Below, piece after piece: positions 19,507 through 29,370 of a stretch of DNA of 64,000 nt (its first letter is position 1; each line of letters begins with the position of its first letter). The notes beneath the pieces are model-generated. The model was given only the letters and a program-made list of their open reading frames with translations, had not been told where the DNA came from and searched no databases. The DNA is from Candidatus Latescibacterota bacterium. GTDB lineage: Bacteria; Latescibacterota; UBA2968; UBA8231. The DNA is taken from positions 2,720,001 through 2,784,000 of the forward strand of contig OZ241867.1 in NCBI GenBank assembly GCA_965203175.1, read 5' to 3'. The position numbers were made by a program, and so were the translations under genes.

Positions 19507-20076
19507 GTGAAAGCGATCAGAAAGGGACTTATCCCCCTCCTTGGGCTTGTTGTACCCGGAAGCGTTTCAGCAGAAGAGCGGAGCGATTTTTATTTTTTCA
19601 TGGGGGCGGGTGCTTTATCCAGTTTCAAGCGATCTACTGGGCAATCCCCCACCATCGAATTCGGTGTGTGGAAACCTCTCGCCATCAGGGATAGGAGTAC
19701 TACAGGTGTTTATATTGGCCACGGTGGGGCCAAAACCACGGTTCGCCAAAACAGCCTGATCAGGGAAGGCGACACACCGATTCTGCTAACACACCTCTTC
19801 GTTTATCATTCCTTTGAACTAACTGATTCTTGGACCAGTTTTCTCGAATACGGATTTTCTATCATAGGCTTTGATCACAAGGGAACTTCTCTTTCGCTTG
19901 CGGGCTTGGGTTTTGGCGCAGGGGTCGGCTACAATCTGTGGAAAGACTGGCTGCTGACTTTCAAGACAAGATACGTTACGGTGAACCAGTCATATCTCGG
20001 CGACCATATCCTGCATAAACAATTCTCTGGCTCGGTTGGGTTGGCTATTCCGGTGGACTTACCGGGATTCTCCTAA
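19507..20076 (+). CDS. Putative small outer-membrane beta-barrel protein
   Basis: Signal peptide; amphipathic strands, GLGFGAGVGY. Confidence 0.5.
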   Translation: MKAIRKGLIPLLGLVVPGSVSAEERSDFYFFMGAGALSSFKRSTGQSPTIEFGVWKPLAIRDRSTTGVYIGHGGAKTTVRQNSLIREGDTPILLTHLFVYHSFELTDSWTSFLEYGFSIIGFDHKGTSLSLAGLGFGAGVGYNLWKDWLLTFKTRYVTVNQSYLGDHILHKQFSGSVGLAIPVDLPGFS

Positions 20077-20111
20077 CTGGTGAGAGTGCTGGAGTGGTGA
20101 GATTCTGCCAT

Positions 20112-21320
20112 TTAAGGCCGCACCACGCTCCCATCGGCCCGGCGGTCCTCAGCCGCGTAAAAGGCGCGCACCTGGTCCCCGACCAACAGATTCTTCGCCT
20201 TCTCCTCGTCGATGTCGACCCCTAGCCCCGGCTGGTCGTTGGGATACATGTATCCCCCTTCCATGGTTGCGTGCCCGGGGAAGGCCTCCAATTCCGCTGG
20301 GCTGAAACCGTTCTCCTCCTGAATCCCAAAGCTGTAGCTCGACATATCGAGGTGCATGGCCGCGGCTTGGTTGACCGGATCGTTGTCTCCACCCTCCTGC
20401 CAAGCCGTCTGCACACCGTAAAACTCGCAGAGGGCGGCGATTTTGCGACAGGGAGTGATGCCGCCGCCTTTGGCCACCCGGATGCGAATGTAGTCGATGA
20501 GGCGCTCGCTGATCAGCGGCAGATATTCGTGGACATTGACGAATAGTTCGCCCATGGCCTGCGGCGTGGTGCATTGCTGGCGCATGAGCCGGTACCAGCC
20601 GATTTGCTCAGGTGCAAGCGCGTCTTCGAGGAAAAACAGCCGATAGGGCTCCAGTCGCTTGGCCAGTGCCACTGCGATTTGGGGTTTGAGGTGCTCGTGG
20701 ACGTCGTGGGTGAGCTTGGGGCCAAACCCCAGCTTGTTGCGCAGGTACTCGAACATCGCGGGAATAGCCTCTAGATAGGCTTCGTCGTCAAAGGCCGGTG
20801 CTGCGGACCAAGCATTGCGCGGCTTGAGGGCGTTTTCCACGAATCCGCCGCCGCCATAGCCGCCAAGTTGGCAGCGGATTACCGGCCAGCCCTCGTCGAT
20901 GTAGCGCTGGATGTCATCGGCGAGCGACTCGTGGTCGCCACCGCCGGCGTGGGCGTAGCAGGGGACCGCCGCGCGGCAGGCCCCGCCCAGCAGTTCGTAC
21001 ACGGGCATCCCGGCCTCCTTGCCCTTGATGTCCCACAGGGCCATGTCGATGCCGCCCAGCGCGGCGTTGAGGATGGAGCCGCTGCGCCAGTAACCGCTGT
21101 TGTACACGCACTGCCAGATGTCTTCGATGCGGCTGGCCTCGCGGCCAATCAGCAACGGCCCCAAGCTCTCTTCGAGAGCCGTGGCGACAGTGGCGGCGTG
21201 ATTGTGCTCGCTGGCCGAGCCGATGCCGTAGAGGCCGGGCTGGTCGGTGATGATTTTGACGATGACCCAAGTGCCGTTCTGGCGGGTGCGGATGCAGCGG
21301 ACTTCTTTGATCTTGGCCAT
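20112..21320 (-). CDS. Enolase-superfamily dehydratase, RspA/mannonate dehydratase-like
   Basis: IEDIWQ...YWRSG, GIDMALWDIKGK, HDVHE, FFLED, AMGELF, PGLGVDIDE. Confidence 0.85.
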   Translation of the reverse strand: MAKIKEVRCIRTRQNGTWVIVKIITDQPGLYGIGSASEHNHAATVATALEESLGPLLIGREASRIEDIWQCVYNSGYWRSGSILNAALGGIDMALWDIKGKEAGMPVYELLGGACRAAVPCYAHAGGGDHESLADDIQRYIDEGWPVIRCQLGGYGGGGFVENALKPRNAWSAAPAFDDEAYLEAIPAMFEYLRNKLGFGPKLTHDVHEHLKPQIAVALAKRLEPYRLFFLEDALAPEQIGWYRLMRQQCTTPQAMGELFVNVHEYLPLISERLIDYIRIRVAKGGGITPCRKIAALCEFYGVQTAWQEGGDNDPVNQAAAMHLDMSSYSFGIQEENGFSPAELEAFPGHATMEGGYMYPNDQPGLGVDIDEEKAKNLLVGDQVRAFYAAEDRRADGSVVRP

Positions 21321-21477
21321 TGGCCTCCTCCTTGCGCGAGTTTGAGATTAGAGCGCCAAAACGGCGTTCTGTGGGGCGGTTCCCCAGGGCCTAGGGAGAG
21401 GCATCAGCCTCAACGTCCTGAAGAAGTAGCAGCGACTGGGGTAGGCAATATTGAGCGTTGTCAAATATAAAATGCTA

Positions 21478-23784
21478 TCAGTAGGCTACCGAGATCAGGT
21501 AGTTCTCGCTGCGGGTAAGCGCGTCGCCCTCGGCCGTGACGCGGAGGATGTAGATGCCCGGCGCGACGGTGCGGCCTTGGCTGTCGCGTCCGTCCCAGTG
21601 ATAGGTCTGGTGCCCGGCCGTTGTGGCTGCGTCGCTGATGAGGGCGATCCGGCGGCCGGTCAAGGTATAGACGCCGAGAATGACTGGTCGGGGATCAAGC
21701 ATTTTGAACAGGTCGAGGTCAATTTGCAACCGGTCTGAAATCCCGTCGCCATTGGGCGTCAGTACTCGGTTCGATAGCGACAGATCCGCAAAGAGTCGCC
21801 CGTCGGTGGGCAAGGAGACAAAGGTGCGGTCGCTGGCAATGGCGGTCTCGGCGTCGCCTGGGTCAACCTGTTGGCGCAAAGTGGTTGACAGGGCACTGTT
21901 GAACAGAAAGGCTTCGAAGCGGGTCTGATTGAGATAGAGGGTACTCTCGAAGTCAATCTCGAGTAGGACCGAGCGTCGCACTGGCTCAGCGAGGCTGATT
22001 TTGAAGCCCTGTTCGGTTTCTTCGACCGTAGGGGCGACCGGCTCGCCAGCGAGGCGCAACGCGTGGAAGGTGGCCCCAGCGGTAGAGGTCAGTTGGATCT
22101 GATCAAAGCCACGGCTCGACGAGACGAAGTCAGAGTGAAGATAGTACGTAAACTGGCTCCGTTCGCCGGGGACGACCTCAATGGGGAAGACTTCGGCGCG
22201 CGTCTCTTGGGCCAGCGGGTTGTCGTATTCGAGGACGATATCGTCTAAGGTCGCGGCGGCGAAAGGGTCTTCGGAGAGGAGGCGGATGTCCAACTGCACG
22301 TAGCGGCGGGGGCCGGGCGAGAGGAAGACCTGGCCGGAGGTGGCGTAGGCGCGGCTCCAATTGCTCCAGTCGGCTCCCGCGGTGCGAATGGTGTCGATGG
22401 GCCCTCGGAAGCTAGGGATCAGCTTGTCGTATTTCCGCTCGGTGACTTGCTTGCCGTTTTTGTCGTAAAAGACGTACTGACTGTCGAGGAGGTTGCCGGT
22501 GCGGCTGCGAATTTCAACGCGCGTTTGTGGCGGCGCGTCGAGGTTCCATTCTATTTCCGCAATGTGTTGTATGGAACCGAGGTCGTAGATGGGCGACCGC
22601 GCCATGACTTCGGCTGGATGGCCTTCGCCGAAGACCTGCCACTCGGCGGTGGTGCCGATGCGGCCGTTAAAGGCTTCAAAGCCCTCGGACATGGGGAAGA
22701 TCAGCCGCACGTGGCGGACTTTGCGCAAGGGGAAGCGCTCTTGGAAGTGGCGGACTTTCGTTAGATTGCGTCGATCCGAGGGCAATTCGCCCAGCAACTC
22801 CCAGCTCAACGAGCCATCCGGTGCCCGAGAGCCGTCCGACGCGAAGAATTGGTACCAGAGGTAGTTGAGTTGACGCTGCCGGCCACAGTCACCGCACGCC
22901 GCCTTAGGCGCGATGCCACTGGGATCACCCAGCATCCGCACCCGATCCACCCAATACAGCGCGCCTAGGTCAATCTCGAACTGACCGATCTGCTGTTCGG
23001 GCTGCGTGCCTGAGCCACCGCGATGCACCGTGCCCCAGTAGGTGGTGATATCGCCATCAACGAGAGTATTGCTGATCCCCTTCGACTCGATGAGGGTGCG
23101 ACCCAACTTAGAGGTGACCTCAGAGATGATCTGGACGCTGCCGCCCCTACCCCATATCCCCAGCGAAAGGTTGTCGCCGATGCTTTCGACCACCACCTCG
23201 CTCAGGCGGATATTCTCCGTGGGCAGATCGGCTTCAATGCGGATATTCTTGAGCGGCTTAAGCTCATAGTCAATCTCGATGACGTGGGCTTCGTTAAAGC
23301 TGTAGCGCCAGCGCTTGTTGTAGCGCAGCGTGCCGGGGAGTATGGAATTGGCATTGCTGAAGAAAGGCTCGCCATCGGAGGTAAGAATCTTGAAAAACTC
23401 CAGCGGGGTGCTGTCGGCGGCGAAGTGGAGCTGGATTTTGCGCGCCGAGACCACGCGCCCCAGATCGACTTCGATCCACCAATCCTCGACGCTGGCGTTT
23501 GGCTCGGGAGCCCAATAGGTCGTCAGGTCGCCGTCGATGAAATGGCGGGCATCGCCGGGATTGGAGCCGACTTTGCGGATGCCACCACTGGCAAAGTCTA
23601 AGGCGTTGGCCACGGCGTTGATGTCGCGGCGGACAAAGGCGGGTTTGAGCGTACCGAGCGCGACTTCGACGGCGTCGCCGGGCAGTTGCCATTGGCGCCA
23701 GTCGTTGGAGGTGGCGATGCGGAGTTGGTCGCCAGCGAGGGGCGTGGCGAGCAGCAGGGCACTTATGAGGATGGCGTTGCGCAT
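21478..23784 (-). CDS. Secreted protein with discoidin-like domains and a FlgD/CHU_C-type C-terminal domain (paralogue A)
   Basis: Signal peptide MRNAILISALL; IDGDLTTYW, IEVDLG, VDGDITTYW; C-terminal LTPNGDGISD...WDGRD...PGIYIL. Confidence 0.7.
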   Translation of the reverse strand: MRNAILISALLLATPLAGDQLRIATSNDWRQWQLPGDAVEVALGTLKPAFVRRDINAVANALDFASGGIRKVGSNPGDARHFIDGDLTTYWAPEPNASVEDWWIEVDLGRVVSARKIQLHFAADSTPLEFFKILTSDGEPFFSNANSILPGTLRYNKRWRYSFNEAHVIEIDYELKPLKNIRIEADLPTENIRLSEVVVESIGDNLSLGIWGRGGSVQIISEVTSKLGRTLIESKGISNTLVDGDITTYWGTVHRGGSGTQPEQQIGQFEIDLGALYWVDRVRMLGDPSGIAPKAACGDCGRQRQLNYLWYQFFASDGSRAPDGSLSWELLGELPSDRRNLTKVRHFQERFPLRKVRHVRLIFPMSEGFEAFNGRIGTTAEWQVFGEGHPAEVMARSPIYDLGSIQHIAEIEWNLDAPPQTRVEIRSRTGNLLDSQYVFYDKNGKQVTERKYDKLIPSFRGPIDTIRTAGADWSNWSRAYATSGQVFLSPGPRRYVQLDIRLLSEDPFAAATLDDIVLEYDNPLAQETRAEVFPIEVVPGERSQFTYYLHSDFVSSSRGFDQIQLTSTAGATFHALRLAGEPVAPTVEETEQGFKISLAEPVRRSVLLEIDFESTLYLNQTRFEAFLFNSALSTTLRQQVDPGDAETAIASDRTFVSLPTDGRLFADLSLSNRVLTPNGDGISDRLQIDLDLFKMLDPRPVILGVYTLTGRRIALISDAATTAGHQTYHWDGRDSQGRTVAPGIYILRVTAEGDALTRSENYLISVAY

Positions 23785-23897
23785 GGGATGTATCCGGTTG
23801 AGCCGAACAATAATCCAATATAGGATGCGCAAAAGGAACCTAACAAGTGATCTTGGCAAAGTGATCAGCTGGGGAGATGAAGTCGATGAGTCGGTGG

Positions 23898-25964
23898 TCA
23901 TCTCCTCCACTCCACCACCTCCCGCCGCGCCAGATGCGCCTCCACCTCGGCTCGGCTGCGCCATACCGGCCGCAACTCCTGCTGCGCCATCAGGTCCAGT
24001 TGATCGCCCCGGTGCGGCGAATCCGGCTGACTCGCATTGCCATAGCCCAGCAGCACCTGCGCTCGCACTGGCTCGCTGAACTCCACTACCGCCACGAACG
24101 AATCACCACCTCGCACCTCGAAGAGACCGTCCGCACTGCGGGCAAACCACAGCGTCCGAAAACTCGGCCCGCCGCTGGCCGGTAGATCCCGGTCCGCAAA
24201 GCGCAGGCGGTGTACTTCACCCCAGGGAACATCGAGCGCCCCGTGCGTTTCTACTACTTTTTGGGCCGCCCGCTCTAGAGCCGCCACAGCGCCTCGGGGA
24301 TTGGCCAGGCCAGCGGGTGTGTTCAGCGGGTCGTCCACCTGCCAAGTCGTGCGGAAGAGTGCTCTTCTCACTTGCGCGGCCCACTCATCAAACAATACTG
24401 CTCCCCGACTGTCCGCAGCCACCCGCCGGTCCCACGCGGCCAGCACCGTTGCAGCGGGCCGCACCGAGTCGCTGCCATGCTCTGCTACCGCCTTGAGCAA
24501 ATCGTCGAGCACTCGGTCGGCCATTTCCCGGCGGGTCGAGTGCTTGTACTCGATCAGTTCTGCAAAGGAGATCGACGCATCCTCGCTCAACATGCGCACT
24601 GAGCGCTGTTGCCGAAAGCCCAAGTGCGGCCCCGGTGCCATATAAGGTGGAAAATCCCCCGGGTCCAACAGTAGGGGCATAGTCGCCGTCCAGGGCGAAT
24701 CGTTGGTGTTTTGCACCCAGCCGCTGGGCGGGTCCAGCAAGCGCGGCAAATCCCCGTACGCGTGCGTCTTTATCCACAGGGTCGCTGCCGTATTCCCCGG
24801 CACCACACCCTGCCAATAGTTCCAATCGCCCTGACTCCGGCGCGGTGTGTGGCCCCCAAACAAATAAAGGATATGCCCGTCCCGGTCGGCGTACACCACG
24901 TTGAAGAAGGGCATCTGCAAGCGCTGGAGCGCCGCCTCGAACTGAGCTAGCGAGGTCGCTTGAATCATATCCCAGTATTGTTCCATGAGATGGGGCTGAT
25001 CTAGGCCTACCAACCGCAGGGCTACGGCCTTGTCCTGCTTGCGGGCCAAAACCGGTCCGTGCACCGAGCGCAAAATGAGCAGTGGCTCGGCCCTGCGCGT
25101 CCCATCCTCCTGCCGCACCCACAGCGTGTCCACGCTCTGCTCAAAGGCTCGCACGCGGTCGTCCCATCGGTAGCCGCCCTCCATCAATTCCAACTCGTAC
25201 AGGTCGGCTCCGTCCATGGGGTTGTTCGTGTGGGTCCAGCCTAGGTGGTCGTTGAAGGCAATGCCCAAAAGGGGAAAGCCCACCAGCGTCGCCCCGTACG
25301 CGTCCAAACCCGGCCCCTTTAGCTGTACCTCGAACCAAGTCGTCATGCCGCCCCAGGGCAAGTGCGGATTGGCCAACAACATGGCGTGGCCGCTGGCTGA
25401 CCGGGATGGGGCCACAGCCCAAGCATTGGATCCGGCCCGCTGCCAATTTTGTGCCTCCCGAGCCTGACTGGGAGCTACAAAAGACAGATGAATGACGCGC
25501 TGCAAATGCGCCAGCGGATCCTCTGGTGCGACTGGCAGTACTAGCTGCCGATCGGGGGTGAGTTGGTCGGGATAAGCTCGGGCATAGGCGTTTATTCCGG
25601 CGACGAAGGCATCGAGGTAGGTGCGCATCTGGGGATTTTGCGCTTGGTACCAGGTGTGGGCTCGTTGGGGAACGCCCATGATTCGCACGTACTGATCTCC
25701 TTGGACATAGCGCCTTCCCCAGTACTCGGCGGCCCGGCCTCGGGCCTGACCGTACAACTCCAGCAGCAAATCGCCGTGATTGGCCATCTGCGCCCAGCCA
25801 AAGGCGTAGAACAGCTCGGGCATATCGCCGGCGAAAATGTGCGGCACACCCCAACTATCCCACAGTATCTCAGTCGGCCCGGTCGGCTCTTCCACTGGAC
25901 GCGATGCCGGACCACAGGCGTTCAATCCCGCCACAAGAACGATCAACAGCAGAAGACTCGGCAT
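23898..25964 (-). CDS. Penicillin acylase family Ntn hydrolase (GL-7-ACA/AHL acylase-like) lipoprotein
   Basis: Lipobox LNAC; WDSWGVPHIFA, GSNAWAV (Ser nucleophile), LLANPHLPW, SVHGPV. Confidence 0.88.
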   Translation of the reverse strand: MPSLLLLIVLVAGLNACGPASRPVEEPTGPTEILWDSWGVPHIFAGDMPELFYAFGWAQMANHGDLLLELYGQARGRAAEYWGRRYVQGDQYVRIMGVPQRAHTWYQAQNPQMRTYLDAFVAGINAYARAYPDQLTPDRQLVLPVAPEDPLAHLQRVIHLSFVAPSQAREAQNWQRAGSNAWAVAPSRSASGHAMLLANPHLPWGGMTTWFEVQLKGPGLDAYGATLVGFPLLGIAFNDHLGWTHTNNPMDGADLYELELMEGGYRWDDRVRAFEQSVDTLWVRQEDGTRRAEPLLILRSVHGPVLARKQDKAVALRLVGLDQPHLMEQYWDMIQATSLAQFEAALQRLQMPFFNVVYADRDGHILYLFGGHTPRRSQGDWNYWQGVVPGNTAATLWIKTHAYGDLPRLLDPPSGWVQNTNDSPWTATMPLLLDPGDFPPYMAPGPHLGFRQQRSVRMLSEDASISFAELIEYKHSTRREMADRVLDDLLKAVAEHGSDSVRPAATVLAAWDRRVAADSRGAVLFDEWAAQVRRALFRTTWQVDDPLNTPAGLANPRGAVAALERAAQKVVETHGALDVPWGEVHRLRFADRDLPASGGPSFRTLWFARSADGLFEVRGGDSFVAVVEFSEPVRAQVLLGYGNASQPDSPHRGDQLDLMAQQELRPVWRSRAEVEAHLARREVVEWRR

Positions 25965-26149
25965 ACAAAATCCTTTCCAGTGCGTCGCATTTCGTCGGTA
26001 CCTTTGCTTGGCTCCTGCCCGGCCGCGAACTCCTCGTTGCGCAAAAGCGTCTGCAAGGTGGCCGTGAATTTGATTATGTTCTGCCTAGGCTGTTCGCTGG
26101 TCCATATTCCTCGATCTTGGCCATGGGTGCCTCCGTGTGTAGGTTTGCT

Positions 26150-26971
26150 ATGAAAAATAAGCTTCCTGCGATAGACGAAAAACCCGCTTTTACTGCGAGG
26201 AGACGTATGCACGCCTTTCAACCCTACGCTTCTTTGGAACGCTACATTGGCCGCCGCCTCTTGGCGGTACTGGCCGCGCTGGCCCTAACCGACGTTGCCA
26301 TTGTGCTGAGCGCGTCGCTGAGTACCGCCTTGATGAGTACGGCGTCCGGGGCCGACGTGGTTCGCGCCCGTGCCATTGAGATCCTCAACGACGAGGGCCA
26401 ACCCGTATTCGTAGCTACGGCTGACGAGCGCCAGAATGGCGCTTTGTGGGTGGGAGCTGGTCGCGGCCAGGGTGGGGTTAGCCTCAGTAGCGACGCGGCT
26501 GGCCACGGCTTGCTCGTGGTCAACACGGCTACTGGCGCGCCGCTGGTCTCGCTTGTAAGTAGCGATCAAGAGGGGGGTGCGTTACAGGTGTACAACGCCG
26601 CGGGTGAGCAGTTGGCGTACCTAGGCGCGAGCGCGGTTGGCAGTGGCCACTTGGCCCTGCGGAGCGCGGTTGGCAATTTGCTCATCGCTGCGGGTGAAGA
26701 TGAAGGCAGTGGCTTGCTGATGGCCAACAATGCCGCAGGCGTCAACATCTTCCTCGCTGGTGCTGATTCGTTGCAAAATGGCGGTCTGCTGATCAATAGC
26801 CGCACCGGCGAGAACCTGATCTACGCGGGTGCGGGTGCGGGCGGCAACGGCGGCTTGCACGTCAACGCCGCGAATGGAACTCACCTCGTCTTCTTGGGGG
26901 CCGATGGGCAGCGCAACGGTGCGGTGGGGATTTGGGACCGCAATGGCGCGGGCAGTGTCTTACAGAAGTAG
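26150..26971 (+). CDS. Hypothetical membrane-anchored protein with ~22-aa Gly-rich beta repeats (start uncertain: 26150 or 26207)
   Basis: Hydrophobic helix, then about 8 units such as GGALQVYNAAGEQLAYLG and NGGLLINSRTGENLIYAG. Confidence 0.6.
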   Translation: MKNKLPAIDEKPAFTARRRMHAFQPYASLERYIGRRLLAVLAALALTDVAIVLSASLSTALMSTASGADVVRARAIEILNDEGQPVFVATADERQNGALWVGAGRGQGGVSLSSDAAGHGLLVVNTATGAPLVSLVSSDQEGGALQVYNAAGEQLAYLGASAVGSGHLALRSAVGNLLIAAGEDEGSGLLMANNAAGVNIFLAGADSLQNGGLLINSRTGENLIYAGAGAGGNGGLHVNAANGTHLVFLGADGQRNGAVGIWDRNGAGSVLQK

Positions 26972-27003
26972 CGTTTGAATCCACTCTAAGGGCAGGGCGA
27001 ACT

Positions 27004-29349
27004 ATGGATTACAGCGACCGATGCCTTGGGCGATCCGTCTTATTCACGGGGTGTGTGGTTGTTTGCGCCATTTTCAGCGTATCCCCGGCAAGTGCCGACG
27101 AGCTTCGCTTTGCCTCCCGCCGCGACTGGCAGGCTTGGCCGCTGCCCGGCACGGTCGAGTTGACCCCGCAGGGTGCCCTCAAGCCCATCGCTGCCCGCCG
27201 CAATATCAATGCAGCCCTCAATGCCTCGGCTTTTGGCGGCGGCATCCGCCGCGCTGGTTCCAACCTACGAGACGCGCCGTTGGTCATGGATGGCGATCTT
27301 TCCACTGGCTGGCACCCGCGTCTGGACGATCCCCCCGAAAGCTGGAACATTGAAGTCGATTTGGGCCGAGGCGTCTCCGCCCGCCGCGTCAAGCTAATCT
27401 TCGATCCCCAAGGACCGGCTCCAGCGCTTTTTGACTTGCTGCTTTCCACTGGTGAACACGCCGTTGACGAGGTCGATAATCCTATCGCCGGAACAGTCAT
27501 CTATCGCCAGCGCGAGCGATTCAAGGAGAACACTCGCCACGAGATCACCTATGAACTCGACCAGGCTTTCCACACACCGATCCAGTACGTGCGCTTGGAT
27601 CTGCTCGCCCTCGAACCAAATACCCGCCTTCTCGAAGTCGAGGTCGAAGCGCTGGGCGACAATCTGGCCTTGGGGACGCTCGAACGCGGTGGCAACCTCG
27701 AAGTCGTTCTCGATGCGTTTGTCACCCAAGACCTCATTCCGCTGGGCAACGCCCGAGTGCTCATTGACGGCGACCTTTCTACCCGCTGGTTCGTGCGGCG
27801 CACCATCCAAGCCGAGCGCGACGTCTTTTCGCACATCGTCCTCGACTTAGGGGCCACCTACTTTGTCGATAAACTCAAAATCGTCGGCGGCGTAGTTGCC
27901 CGGCCCGGCGGCGGCATCACCGGTGGCAGCGGTCGGTTCGTCGACTTCTTCGTCACCCTGCGCTCCTTTGGGTTCAACTTTTACGAGGTGCTCGGTTCCG
28001 ACGGTTCCTTGGCACCCGATGGCACTCTGATCTGGCAGAAGTACTATTCCGGCACTGCTAACGAATACGTCAAAAAAGTAACCGGTGTCGCCACCCATGA
28101 GTTCGGGCTGGTGCCCACTCGCTTTATCCGGGTGCTGTGGAAGAGCTGGGACGCGAGCAATCGCTGGGTCTTCCGGGGTTTCGCCGAGGAGCTTCAGGTA
28201 TTCGGCGAGGGCTTTCCGCAGAATCTGGAATTTCGCTCGCACATCATGGACTTCCAAAGTCCTAAAAGCCTCAATGCCCTATCTTGGGAGGCCGACATCC
28301 CGCCGGGCACCCGGCTGGAACTACGCAGCCGCTCCGGCAACGAGGTCGAAAATTTACTCACTTACTACGACAAAAACGGCAAGGAAGTCACCAAGAGGCG
28401 CTACGACAAGCTGATTTCCAGCTTCAAAGGGCCTATTGACACCTCCCGAGTCATCGGCGGGGACTGGAGTGCGTGGAGCAAGCTCTACGCTTTCTCCGGT
28501 CAGGAGTTCCAGTCGCCCTCGCCACGGCGCTATGCGCAGATCCAGATGCGGATGGTCACCGAAGATCCAGCGGTGGCACTTCAACTCGACGAGCTCAGCA
28601 TTGCATTTAGCGACCCTTTATCCCAGCAGGCCGTCAGTGAAATTTTCCCGACCCAAGTCCTGCCGGGCGAGGAAACTGAGTTCCGCTTCTTCTTGCGCCC
28701 GCGCGAGACCAAGGCATCTGGGTTCGACCGCCTCGTCTTGAAGACGCCGACGCCGACGCGCTTTATCCGCGCTTTGGTCAACGACGAGCCTGTGGAGGTC
28801 ACAGACCAGCCGGTGGAAGCTGGGTTTGCGGTGACCTTCCCCCAGCCGCTGCGCGACGACGATCTCGTCGAATTGCGCTTTGCCGCCCAAGTCTTCCAGC
28901 AGTCCACTCCCTTCGTCCTTTTCATCCAAGACGCGCGCACTGAGGACGCCAGCCGCCAGCGCGTCGATCCTGGGGATGCTACGGACCAAGTTGCCAGCAG
29001 TACCAACGTCGTCGCCCTGCCCGTCGCCCGCGACCTTCTGCTCAACGTCGTCTTCGACACCGCAGTGCTGACGCCCAACGGCGACGGCATAAACGACGGG
29101 CTGGCCATCCGCGCCGACGTGATCAACATCCTCGAACCGCGCCCTTGGCACCTGCGGCTCTACGACCTGGCCGGACGCGCACTCGTCGAGCGTTCGCAAG
29201 CTGTTACTGCGGGTGCTCAGGATTTCACTTGGGATGGCCGCGATCAAGCAAAGCAACTGGTGCCGCCCGGCCTCTATTTGCTCGAACTCCACCTCGATGG
29301 AGACGCCCATCAGCAGCGTATCCGGCGCGTGGTTTCAGTGGTGTATTGA
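27004..29349 (+). CDS. Secreted discoidin-like/FlgD-CTD protein (paralogue B)
   Basis: Signal peptide; colinear with 21478-23784 (YDKNGKEVTKRRYDKLISSFKGPIDT, SPSPRRY, QRVDPGDA, LTPNGDGIND). Confidence 0.7.
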   Translation: MDYSDRCLGRSVLFTGCVVVCAIFSVSPASADELRFASRRDWQAWPLPGTVELTPQGALKPIAARRNINAALNASAFGGGIRRAGSNLRDAPLVMDGDLSTGWHPRLDDPPESWNIEVDLGRGVSARRVKLIFDPQGPAPALFDLLLSTGEHAVDEVDNPIAGTVIYRQRERFKENTRHEITYELDQAFHTPIQYVRLDLLALEPNTRLLEVEVEALGDNLALGTLERGGNLEVVLDAFVTQDLIPLGNARVLIDGDLSTRWFVRRTIQAERDVFSHIVLDLGATYFVDKLKIVGGVVARPGGGITGGSGRFVDFFVTLRSFGFNFYEVLGSDGSLAPDGTLIWQKYYSGTANEYVKKVTGVATHEFGLVPTRFIRVLWKSWDASNRWVFRGFAEELQVFGEGFPQNLEFRSHIMDFQSPKSLNALSWEADIPPGTRLELRSRSGNEVENLLTYYDKNGKEVTKRRYDKLISSFKGPIDTSRVIGGDWSAWSKLYAFSGQEFQSPSPRRYAQIQMRMVTEDPAVALQLDELSIAFSDPLSQQAVSEIFPTQVLPGEETEFRFFLRPRETKASGFDRLVLKTPTPTRFIRALVNDEPVEVTDQPVEAGFAVTFPQPLRDDDLVELRFAAQVFQQSTPFVLFIQDARTEDASRQRVDPGDATDQVASSTNVVALPVARDLLLNVVFDTAVLTPNGDGINDGLAIRADVINILEPRPWHLRLYDLAGRALVERSQAVTAGAQDFTWDGRDQAKQLVPPGLYLLELHLDGDAHQQRIRRVVSVVY

Positions 29350-29370
29350 ACTTTCCTTTAGTAAAAGAGT

